Below, one piece after another: positions 49,242 to 57,481 of a stretch of 64,000 nt of DNA (within the stretch, counting starts at the first letter, position 1; the number at the start of each line of letters is the position of its first letter). Both the position numbers and the translations under genes were made by a program. Under the pieces are notes generated by a model. The model was not told the origin of the DNA, ran no database searches, and saw only the letters and a program-made list of their open reading frames with translations. Source of the DNA: a virus. Taxonomy: Duplodnaviria; Caudoviricetes. The stretch is from positions 1,330 through 65,329 of IMG/VR virus record IMGVR_UViG_3300031993_000072, one strand, 5' to 3'.

Positions 49242-50340
49242 AGACTTTTTTCATTCCGAGTCCTTCTTTGGATGGAACCCATATTTCCTTCGGGTTCCAG
49301 TTCTCCCAGAATTCGTCCATCTTTGGTGCAGTAGGATCATATGCTGGATTCGGTACCCATTGTCCGCCACCCATGCAGTATTCATATTGCCGCGGGTGAG
49401 TCTTGGCCAGTTGTTGGAATCTTGTTTCACCCTTTTCGTTATGAACGCCAAATCCGCAGAAGATGCATCCGGTCCGCTCACATTTGCTGCATTTCAGTTT
49501 TCCACTGCCAGGAATAAGAGAATCATATTCATAACCATCGTTGTCGGTTTTGACTTCAACGATATCACCATAGACGGAACAGATTTCAATTCCGCGAGTG
49601 ACGATGTATTCCAGAACGTCCTGTTCTCTCCAGAATGACATTGGCGTACTTGATTTGTGTTTGCCTTCAAATGCATTGCATCCTTGACGAATCCAGGTCC
49701 GTTCACGCAGTTTGCTTTCTTCTGTTAAGGTGCCTATAATCGGATAAACACCATGTTTTTTCTCATATGCGCTTAATGGTTCTTTCTTCATTATGTTGCA
49801 GCAATAATGAGAAATCATAAACTGTGTGTCACGGGCAAGCGGCAACCATTTTCTTTTTTCATAGTAGCCTTTGTCAAAAGGAGGAATCCCATGCAAAGCT
49901 TTTCTTCTCCAGTTAAGCCATTCTCCATTTGGATTTTTCGTTGGAACCCCAGCACCTTTCCGCTGGCCTCTTGCTCCGTTTTTTATAATCCTTGCTCCAT
50001 GGATAGTTTCTGCATTCTCTTTGCTGATGATCGGATATCCGTATTTGCTTATTACTTCCGAAAACATCAACTTCGGCCGAATAAAATCCGCTCCCATTTT
50101 TCTAGCAAAGGACTGGATCTCTGGATATTCCAACCCAGTATTGCTAAAGACTAATGGCACGTCTGGATACATGTCATGAACAATATGAGCAAGTACCGTA
50201 GAGTCTTTACCACCACTAAAAGATACACACACATCTCCATTCCAGTAGTTGTACCATTCGCGGATTCTATTCTGTGTCATCAGAACCTTTGCTTCCAATG
50301 GAAGCGCCTGTCGTTGAAGCAAATCTGATTTTGTTGGCAT
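49192..50340 (-). CDS. PAPS reductase-family protein 2
   Basis: VSFSGGKDSTVL, CCNIMKKEP, RTGCIFCGFG. Confidence 0.85.
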   Translation of the reverse strand: MPTKSDLLQRQALPLEAKVLMTQNRIREWYNYWNGDVCVSFSGGKDSTVLAHIVHDMYPDVPLVFSNTGLEYPEIQSFARKMGADFIRPKLMFSEVISKYGYPIISKENAETIHGARIIKNGARGQRKGAGVPTKNPNGEWLNWRRKALHGIPPFDKGYYEKRKWLPLARDTQFMISHYCCNIMKKEPLSAYEKKHGVYPIIGTLTEESKLRERTWIRQGCNAFEGKHKSSTPMSFWREQDVLEYIVTRGIEICSVYGDIVEVKTDNDGYEYDSLIPGSGKLKCSKCERTGCIFCGFGVHNEKGETRFQQLAKTHPRQYEYCMGGGQWVPNPAYDPTAPKMDEFWENWNPKEIWVPSKEGLGMKKVFDDCNQIYGPNFIRYE

Positions 50341-50568
50341 CTGCTTCATCCTTTCATTTTGTACTTTCATTAATACGTTTCGTAATATTTAGGGGATTTT
50401 TTATAGCCGGCGATCCCCCGACCGGCTGGCATAGTTTCCTTTCCATTCTGCCCGCTGGAACGAAACGCACAAACAAGCGGCGGGCCTTATTGAGGAAACA
50501 ATCTGACGGAGTGTCCAGATCTGGCCTTATAGACCGTGCCATGTAACACAGCACCCATGTCCCCGATG

Positions 50569-51290
50569 CTATGGTTTTCTTCTCTTTCTTTTCACTGCCT
50601 CCTGTGCCAGGTATTTCCTTTTTGAATCACTGATGTCGAAGCGTTCCGCCTGCAGCCTTTTCTGCTTGTTGAACACTTCCATTTTGTCCTTCCACAGACC
50701 GTAGATCCAGCAGGAACCATGACATGTCGCATCACGCCAAGGGCAGGTCGGAACACATGGGCATTTAGGGTATCTGAGTTCTTCTTCTTTCAACTCTTCC
50801 ACCTGCCCAGGTTGTATGGACACAGATGCAGAATGTGATAGTCATCCATTGGAAGGATGCTTGTAAGCAGCTGGTACAATCCGCATTGCTCACATTCTTC
50901 ATCGTCATACATACATTCAGTACATTTTGCCCTGGAGGCATCAACCAGTTCTTTGAATTCCTCCTTCGACATAATTACGCTGGACTCGCTTGGACTGCTT
51001 TTGGGGGTCAGACGCATCACATAATCGTCCGCAGTGTTCTGAATCCCCTTCCGCTGGTTCTCCGGAATCGTAACCCGGATCTCATTCAGCAGCGCATCCG
51101 CTTCTGCAGCGACAAGCTTCATCCTCTCGGCACCGTCTTCAACCATTGCCAGACGTTCCGGAATTTCCTTCTGCAGATCCTCCAGGATCGTTACCGCATA
51201 CATCAGATGGAGCATGTCCATCTTCTCATTCCTGCGGAGACGTACCGCGTCCGGCCTGGAAGGATCCAGCAGTTTTCTTATAACATGCAT
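50569..51290 (-). CDS. Two Cys-containing hypothetical proteins (50569-50823, 50790-51290)
   Basis: Co-oriented ORFs. Confidence 0.5.
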
Positions 51291-51800
51291 TCAATCTTCA
51301 CCATCCAGTTCTAAAAATTCAGTCTGCACATATCCTTTATTTGTGAGGCACCACTCCGGCGTCCACCAGAACACTGTTATTGTGTCCATCGGTTTCATCC
51401 AGTATTGAACCTTGCCTCCGATTCCTTTCCTGGCCGCCAGCCTGCCGTTGCTTACGACCGTCGCCTGCTGGTCAATCCGGACCGGTTCAGAATAGACAAC
51501 GTACTGCGTACTAATCCAGCCTTCCGATTCTTCTGCAGGGACGTCAACAACATGGATGTACTTATTCTTAATTCGTCCATCTGTGTGCAGCCTTGTACAG
51601 CAGGTAGCGCCTCCGAAGGCGAAGGATGTCTTCCGCGGCGCCTCCCGCACACACACAAAGCTGTCGGAAGTACACATGATCCAAACGTCGGTTGTATATC
51701 CTTCGGCAATGCCTGCGTCATGCAGGAAAATGAAGCAAAAGATCATAATCGCAAGGATCAAAACCAGTTCGATACACACAATGATGACTTTATTTTTCAT
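51291..51800 (-). CDS. Membrane-anchored SH3b-like protein
   Basis: N-terminal hydrophobic helix; two VR/AR...GWI/GYV units. Confidence 0.5.
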   Translation of the reverse strand: MKNKVIIVCIELVLILAIMIFCFIFLHDAGIAEGYTTDVWIMCTSDSFVCVREAPRKTSFAFGGATCCTRLHTDGRIKNKYIHVVDVPAEESEGWISTQYVVYSEPVRIDQQATVVSNGRLAARKGIGGKVQYWMKPMDTITVFWWTPEWCLTNKGYVQTEFLELDGED

Positions 51801-52264
51801 GCGCTTTCATCCTCTCGCATCAGTTCGTCGATAGCATTCATTACACCGGCCAGTTCCGTAAGTGTTTCATACTTAGCCTTGAAGGAAACAAGTTCACGTT
51901 TTGCGATTTCCAGCAGCCTGGACTTCTTTGCATCGTCACTGAAAATGATTTCAGTTGGAAGATACTCATGCGTACCGCGTTCGATGTTGAAATAGGCACG
52001 GACCGGTTTTGTTTCTTCTTCCGCATCCGGTGTGACGATAATGCTGCGGATCATGTTGGCCGCACGGCCTTCACGATACTTCTGAGCGGCTTCCTTATCA
52101 TTCAGATCGAAAAAATCCTCATGCAGCGGTGCATTCTTTGGCCGGCTGACCTCCACCAGTTCGGATGGAGAAAGTCGACCTTCCGCTGCAAGCTGGTCCA
52201 TTACCTGTTTTGCCACTTCCGGTTTCGCCTTAAAGCAGCTGCCTTTTACCCAAGAGATCCCCAA
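51797..52264 (-). CDS. Hypothetical protein directly downstream of the pentamer array
   Basis: TTG start after AAGGAG; PxxxVExSR...PLHEDF...AAQKYR. Confidence 0.7.
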   Translation of the reverse strand: MGISWVKGSCFKAKPEVAKQVMDQLAAEGRLSPSELVEVSRPKNAPLHEDFFDLNDKEAAQKYREGRAANMIRSIIVTPDAEEETKPVRAYFNIERGTHEYLPTEIIFSDDAKKSRLLEIAKRELVSFKAKYETLTELAGVMNAIDELMREDESA

Positions 52265-52293
52265 GTGATATCACTCCTTTTCATTTATTTGAT

Positions 52294-52742
52294 ACCTGCC
52301 GTACTGTTCCGTACCGCTCCATAACTGACCCCGTCACACCAAACCACGCCTGCCTTACCAAGCCATGCCTTTCCGAACCGCACAGAACCGCGCACAACCT
52401 AACCATAACTCGCCTGCCATACCTTGACGCACCTCAACGAACAAAACCAAACATAACCTAATCACACCTTGCCTGCCATACCACACGTTGCCCCACCCTG
52501 CCGGGCCGGACCGGACAACACCCCAACAAACCTAGCCTGCCATGCCACGCCGTGCCGGAACTCAACGTACACAACCTCGCCTGCCGTGATTTTCCTTGCC
52601 ACGCCATACCAAGACAAACCAAACCTTGCCTGCCATTCCGTACCAATCCGGGCCATAGCACTCCATAACACACCTTGCCTGCCGGACCCTAACTCAACGA
52701 GCCGTACAATACCGAAACTTGACGTGACTCGCCTTGCCTGCC
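52294..52742 (-). ncRNA. Pentamer-phased GGY-NN array: 8 units delimited by GGCAGGC (candidate guide-RNA array)
   Basis: Delimiters (+ strand GCCTGCC) at 52736, 52677, 52628, 52579, 52535, 52471, 52412, 52348, and ACCTGCC at 52294; unit lengths 59,49,49,44,64,59,64,54 are all 5n+4. Confidence 0.85.
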
Positions 52743-52746
52743 ACGA

Positions 52747-53487
52747 TTAGGCGTTTTCTACGTGGAACATGCCGTACTGACCGTCTTTTTCCGGACGCCA
52801 TTCGCCAAGACCGCAGACATATCCACCGGCATTCAGCATGGAAATGATCTTGTCCAGGTTGTGGATGCCGTTTTCGTTGTAGGAAATCGTGAAATCGGCA
52901 TACCAGTTTTCCAACTGCCCGCGGTACCGGATATCAGCAGCACCCATACCGACACGGACCATGTCCCGACGCATTGTCAAACGTTCATACTGAATCTCAA
53001 TCATCGGTTCCGGATGGAAAACGTTCGGAATGATGTGGATTTCTTTCTGGTCGTCGGAGATTTCCATATCACCGGAATAATAGCCATCTACCGTCGGTTC
53101 AATGAAGAATGCTCCACGAAGGCTTGCCTTGTCTTTGCTCCATCCGAGCCGGTATGCTGCGCTGATAGCGGACTGTTTCAGACCGGTCAGCGGGAATCCA
53201 AACCGAGGGTCATTTGAAAGTGCTGCGTCAAGTGATTCCTTCGTAAATTCTTCCGGCATCTTGTTGAGCCAGTAAAGGCTGGAAGCGAAATCCTCATAGG
53301 GATTCTTCTTCAGTTTCGTAACCTTGCTGATTCCCATTTCCTTTTCCAGGATCGCCCGCTGTGCCTTCACGTCCCAGTTATGGCAGATCAGCGGGGAGTC
53401 CCCGACGATCCGGATCTTGGTCAATTTCTTCTGAATGGGTTCAATCTTGATGATCTCTGCTGCTTTCGTTGCCATGATAATTCTCAC
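52747..53487 (-). CDS. RAMP/Cas7-like RNA-binding protein (candidate effector of the array)
   Basis: N-terminal IRIVGDSPLICH strand and C-terminal Gly-rich loop GGYVCGLGEWRPEKDGQYGMF; stop is 4 nt before the array. Confidence 0.6.
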   Translation of the reverse strand: MRIIMATKAAEIIKIEPIQKKLTKIRIVGDSPLICHNWDVKAQRAILEKEMGISKVTKLKKNPYEDFASSLYWLNKMPEEFTKESLDAALSNDPRFGFPLTGLKQSAISAAYRLGWSKDKASLRGAFFIEPTVDGYYSGDMEISDDQKEIHIIPNVFHPEPMIEIQYERLTMRRDMVRVGMGAADIRYRGQLENWYADFTISYNENGIHNLDKIISMLNAGGYVCGLGEWRPEKDGQYGMFHVENA

Positions 53488-53589
53488 TTTCTCCGCATAA
53501 GCGGCCTTGTATTTTTGATTTGGTCAAGCTATAATGATGACGAACCATATCATCTGCTACCGGATCACTGATTGCCGTCAGTGGTCCTT

Positions 53590-53784
53590 TTACTTTCCGA
53601 AAACCATTTCGGCCTCGTCGCGCCAGTACCGTGCAAACTTACTCTGCTTGACGCCGGGAGCAACCTTGTTCACGCCGGTCGCACCGGCACGTTCCAGCCT
53701 GCTGTGGATAATTCCACGGGCCAGCCTCCGCGGGTGGAAATGCGTCACGTTCTGCGCGGGACGATTCTTCTTGCCCTTCTTCAT
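53590..53784 (-). CDS. Small basic hypothetical protein
   Basis: GGAGG RBS. Confidence 0.55.
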   Translation of the reverse strand: MKKGKKNRPAQNVTHFHPRRLARGIIHSRLERAGATGVNKVAPGVKQSKFARYWRDEAEMVFGK

Positions 53785-54020
53785 CCAATTTCACCTCCTT
53801 TCAAAACCAGAATTGGGGTCATGCCTTTGAACCAGTTAATGAATCCGATGCGCGGGATGCAGTAACTGTGACCGGCCTTGCAGATCGGGAATCCGAGCAG
53901 CCTCGGATCGCGTTCTGCCTGGTCCCGAATTACCTGGGCGTCCTTGCCAAGAAACTTTGCGACAAACTGCACTGTCAATACGTTGCAATCCATGCGCTCG
54001 ACGTCCTCAATCTTCATCAC
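53781..54020 (-). CDS. Excisionase-like / HTH protein
   Basis: LTVQFVAKFLG...IPRIGFINW pattern; near the lysogeny module. Confidence 0.55.
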   Translation of the reverse strand: MMKIEDVERMDCNVLTVQFVAKFLGKDAQVIRDQAERDPRLLGFPICKAGHSYCIPRIGFINWFKGMTPILVLKGGEIG

Positions 54021-54409
54021 GTTCCACCACCAGGATAAGAACCAGGCTGCTTGCTCATGCGTTCAACTTCTTCCGCGCTGAAGATGTGAGGTTTCGGCTG
54101 CTCGATTTCTTCTGTTCTTGCAGTTCTCTTGTTCAGCCGTTCCATCATGCAGAACCAGTCAGTGACTGCCCCGTCGCTCATGTCGCTTTTCAGCAAGCGG
54201 ATCGTCTGAGAATCATCAAAGAAATCCTGCTTCGGTGTCAGTGTTTCGCCGGCCATCATGAATAATGCATCCGCAAGACCACCAACAATTTCATCGGCCC
54301 AGGTCCAGGACTTTTTTTCCAGGGACAGTTGATTCAGCGTTTCAGCGACTTTCATGGATACCCTCGCCGCCTTGACTACCCGCAATAATGCGTCTCTTGT
54401 GATTTCCAT
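54017..54409 (-). CDS. Hypothetical protein
   Basis: Likely start MEITRD after AAGGAG. Confidence 0.55.
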   Translation of the reverse strand: MEITRDALLRVVKAARVSMKVAETLNQLSLEKKSWTWADEIVGGLADALFMMAGETLTPKQDFFDDSQTIRLLKSDMSDGAVTDWFCMMERLNKRTARTEEIEQPKPHIFSAEEVERMSKQPGSYPGGGT

Positions 54410-54456
54410 AACTCTCTCCTTATTTCTTGTTATTACGTTTCGGAGTATTAACTGGA

Positions 54457-54660
54457 TTAAAAAATTTCCCCTACGGAAACTCCGTAGTATCCTGCGATCC
54501 GCTGCTTTAGTTCCTCGCTTGGAATCCGGCATCCGGACTCGATCTTGCAAAGCATCGAATACGAAATTCCGATTTCCTTTGCAACGCCGGTCCGCGTTCG
54601 GATGCCGCGCAGTTCCCGAAGAATCTTTGCTGTGTCCTTCGGATCTTTCGTTTTGCTCAT
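54457..54660 (-). CDS. Cro-like XRE repressor
   Basis: TRTGVAKEIGISYSMLCKIESG; divergent from cI. Confidence 0.85.
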   Translation of the reverse strand: MSKTKDPKDTAKILRELRGIRTRTGVAKEIGISYSMLCKIESGCRIPSEELKQRIAGYYGVSVGEIF

Positions 54661-54730
54661 TGTACGCCTCCTTTCGTGTAAATACTTTAACACACATAGG
54701 CGTCCTTGTAAACCGTCTAAGGTTTAAACT

Positions 54731-54795
54731 TTTTGTTACAAAAGTGTGTTGACTTTTTAACACATACTGTGTTAATATTATTGCACAAAGTGCAA
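54731..54795. promoter_or_regulatory. Lysis/lysogeny switch with operator palindromes
   Basis: TTTTGT-t-ACAAAA, TTAACACA-tac-TGTGTTAA and TTGCAC-aaa-GTGCAA between the divergent HTH genes. Confidence 0.75.
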
Positions 54796-54813
54796 TGGAA
54801 GGAGTGGATACAT

Positions 54814-55173
54814 ATGAAGTTTTCAGATAATCTTCGCAACCTTCGATTACAGCGCCAGCTTACACAAATGCAGCTTGCTGAAGATCTTCGCACGTCACAG
54901 TCTGCGATTACCAGCTGGGAAAACGGCAAACGTGAACCAGACTTCAAAACGATTGAACGGATTGCAAAATATTTTAATGTGCCGCTTTCAGCATTGCTCC
55001 CGTCCAGCGACAATTTGGATGATGCGTATGTCACTTCAATAGCGGAAGCATTTCAGCAGAATCCATATCTCAAGTTACTGTTTGACAGGCTTCGTTATAT
55101 GTCCGATAAGAATCTGAAGGTTATTATGGGTGTAGCAAATGCGCTTGCACATGATTCTGGTGAAGGCGTATGA
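54814..55173 (+). CDS. CI-like XRE repressor
   Basis: LTQMQLAEDLRTSQSAITSWENGKREPD; upstream of the integrase. Confidence 0.88.
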   Translation: MKFSDNLRNLRLQRQLTQMQLAEDLRTSQSAITSWENGKREPDFKTIERIAKYFNVPLSALLPSSDNLDDAYVTSIAEAFQQNPYLKLLFDRLRYMSDKNLKVIMGVANALAHDSGEGV

Positions 55174-56210
55174 AACCAAAGACCCGTGGAAACGGCCAGG
55201 GAACTGCATACCGTCGCGGTCAGACATGGACCGCATGTGTCACTATGGACTGGGCGCTGCCTGCGGATCCAACGAAACCGAAGAAACCGATTCGGAAGAC
55301 CAAAGGCGGATTTCAGACGAAACGTGACGCGCTTGCATATTGCCCAATCCTGCTGGCCGGCGGACATGAACGGCCTACGGAAGCACCGCGTCTATCTTCT
55401 TATTGGAAATCATATTCCGAAGGAGATATGTTGAAGATATCCAAAGGAAAACAAAGTGCATACCGCACTGCATGGAAAAAACTGAAACCGATCCACGATG
55501 TCCGCGTAGATTCCATTACAGTCGACCTGCTGCGGACTGTTGTTTCTGATGCCTGCCATTCCTTTGATACTGCAAAAGACTGCAAATCTCTTTTATCAAA
55601 CCTTTTTGAGTTGGCAGCGGCGGACCGATTTGCATCCAGGGAACTGCCATCCTATATTATTCTGCCGGAGCATATTGAGAACGAGCCGGTACCGTTTGAC
55701 CAGAAAGAACAGAAAAAGATCTGGAAAGCATATGATGATGGAGATCTCCGGGCAGCCGCACACTTGCTGATGATTTATACAGGCATGATGCCTGGGGAAG
55801 CGCAGAATCTTAAAGTTGAAAACATTGATTTGGAAAAGAAAATTATTATCCGGTCCGGTCTGAAAACAAAAGTTCGGAAAAAGACACCTTTGGTCCTTGC
55901 TGACTGTATTCTTCCCGTTGTCCAGGATCTGATTGACCATGCGCAACCTTCCGGATACGTTTGGAAACGAAATGAAAAAGCATGGTATGAAAACTACTAT
56001 GCTGTTCTGGAAGAAACAGGATGCCGCAGACTTACACCATATTCCTGCAGGCACACGACAGCAACCGCTTTAGCTGTCGATCAGAACGTTGCACCGCAAA
56101 CAATCAAAAAAATTATGCGGTGGTCGACGATGAAAATGCTGGACCACTATGCTCATCCGTCCACGGACGATGCGCTGGCCGGTGTAAACACGATGAAGAA
56201 ACCGGAATAG
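55170..56210 (+). CDS. int: Tyrosine integrase (atypical catalytic motif)
   Basis: Arm-binding N-terminus RGNGQGTAYRR; YTGMMPGE, PYSCRH, MRW, DHY. Confidence 0.88.
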   Translation: MKPKTRGNGQGTAYRRGQTWTACVTMDWALPADPTKPKKPIRKTKGGFQTKRDALAYCPILLAGGHERPTEAPRLSSYWKSYSEGDMLKISKGKQSAYRTAWKKLKPIHDVRVDSITVDLLRTVVSDACHSFDTAKDCKSLLSNLFELAAADRFASRELPSYIILPEHIENEPVPFDQKEQKKIWKAYDDGDLRAAAHLLMIYTGMMPGEAQNLKVENIDLEKKIIIRSGLKTKVRKKTPLVLADCILPVVQDLIDHAQPSGYVWKRNEKAWYENYYAVLEETGCRRLTPYSCRHTTATALAVDQNVAPQTIKKIMRWSTMKMLDHYAHPSTDDALAGVNTMKKPE

Positions 56211-56221
56211 GTTTACCCATT

Positions 56222-56515
56222 GTCAGCAGTAGAATTTCAAACCTTGTAAGCAGTAATGTAAACAGTAGATTCCAATTTTTCGCTATTTATTTCGATTCGT
56301 AGTAAAACTATTACGGCATAAGAAAACCCTTGAAGCGTTGATTCTTCAAGGGTTCTGAGCGGAGAAGCCGGGATTTGAACCCGGGCGACCTTTAACAGTC
56401 CTACTCCCTTAGCAGGGTTACTTGAAATGTAGTAAATTCAATGCTTCCAGCGTTTCTTGTAAACAGTACGTAAGCAGTAGAAATCGATTTCGTAAACAGT
56501 TTTTTGTAAACAGTA
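56222..56515. other. attP region with seven GT(A/C)A(G/A)CAGT(A/T) arm-type repeats
   Basis: Copies at 56222, 56246, 56258, 56459, 56470, 56492 and 56506 flank the tRNA fragment. Confidence 0.8.
56360..56417 (-). tRNA. 3' half of tRNA-Ser(GCT); attP core, not a complete gene
   Basis: Minus strand CCCTGCTAAGGGAGTAGG...GGGTTCAAATCCCGGCTTCTCCG: anticodon loop, long variable arm and T-arm; no 5' half. Confidence 0.85.
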
Positions 56516-56522
56516 CATACTA

Positions 56523-56547
56523 TAAAAGCACCGGATATCCGGTGCTG
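56523..56547 (-). terminator. tmRNA terminator
   Basis: AGCACCGG-atat-CCGGTGCT followed by TTTT on the minus strand. Confidence 0.75.
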
Positions 56548-56550
56548 AAG

Positions 56551-56900
56551 TGGAGGTGACGGGGGTCGAACCCGTGTCCAAACTACAACAAATACTGAGA
56601 TTTCTTACACGATAGTCAGATGCGATGACGCGCTGAGGAAAGGGAAAATCCTCTCATGTCCACCACCTGGTCTTTGAACTGTGACCAGGAGTTCAGCTGG
56701 CTTTTGCCAATCACCATTCATTCTCTGATCCGCAGGAAGTTACCGAATGGTAGGCCTTCCGTTTAAGAGCGAAGCTGCATTAAGCAGCCTTCAGTTCGCA
56801 GTAGATTTCTTCTTCGTCAGTTCTTTTGTTTGACCCATAAGGCGGTATCATACCCGTGATCTCAGTACCATTCATAGCCTGTCGAAACCATTTCACCCCC
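56551..56900 (-). ncRNA. ssrA: tmRNA
   Basis: 5' GGGGGTGAAATGGTTTCGAC; 3' GGGTTCGACCCCCGTCACCTCCA; G3:U acceptor pair; tag ORF 56780-56818 encodes (A)DEEEIYCELKAA*. Confidence 0.92.
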
Positions 56901-56983
56901 ATAGGGAACCGGTAACGATGCAGGCATCGTTCCGGCATACAGATTTCGTATATCTGTACTGATACGAAAACTATAGATTTCGT

Positions 56984-57226
56984 TCAAATATGTTTGAACA
57001 ACTGAAACTTCCGTTTCCGAACGATCTTCTTCAGCTGGTCTATGCTCAATGCATACTTCGGATCGTTCAGATCTTCTGCCATCCTGTCCAGCCTTTTCTG
57101 CATCTTCTCAAACGTAATGCCGTCGTACAGATAAATCTTTAGAATGATTCTGTCACGTTCAGCATTCCGTCCGAGAATCCACTGGTCAATGGCATGTTCG
57201 CACAGGTCCCGGTTCAGATCTTCCAT
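56984..57226 (-). CDS. Hypothetical protein
   Basis: ORF downstream of the lysis genes. Confidence 0.6.
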   Translation of the reverse strand: MEDLNRDLCEHAIDQWILGRNAERDRIILKIYLYDGITFEKMQKRLDRMAEDLNDPKYALSIDQLKKIVRKRKFQLFKHI

Positions 57227-57271
57227 AGCAGTCCATGCCGGATCCTGTCCGACTGTTCCTTTCCCGCCGGA

Positions 57272-57433
57272 TCACTTCAGAACGAATTCATAAAGGACCC
57301 ACATAGCGTTGCTGATGAACAGCAGGCACAGCACGAACACAAGCGCGTAGAGTCGCTTTGCACTTTGGATCTCAATCCTCGTCATTTCACGTTCGTGCTG
57401 GGCCGCTGTATAAGTCATTTCCTGGCCGTTCAT
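57272..57433 (-). CDS. Small membrane protein (not in ORF track)
   Basis: MNGQEMTYT...LYALVFVLCLLFISNAMWVLYEFVLK; GGAGG RBS. Confidence 0.55.
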   Translation of the reverse strand: MNGQEMTYTAAQHEREMTRIEIQSAKRLYALVFVLCLLFISNAMWVLYEFVLK

Positions 57434-57481
57434 GTGATATTCCTCCCACAACGTTCTGTGGTAAGGATATCACAAAAGAGG

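Noticed and set aside
52496-52502. CCCTGCC as an extra array delimiter
   Set aside because: It reads GGC AG GGT GG in normal pentamer phase, with no 1-nt shift, so it is an ordinary pentamer.
52294-52742. Canonical CRISPR array, or self-targets of the array within this window
   Set aside because: There are no 25-40 nt identical repeats with unique spacers. A by-eye check of a few AT-rich regions for gapped matches to U3 and U6 found none; this was not exhaustive.
52458-52750. Short ORFs over the pentamer array
   Set aside because: A 5-nt period with 5n+4 units is incompatible with codon structure; no RBS.
56360-56417. Functional phage tRNA-Ser gene
   Set aside because: The acceptor 5' strand and D-arm are missing; it is interpreted as the attP core.
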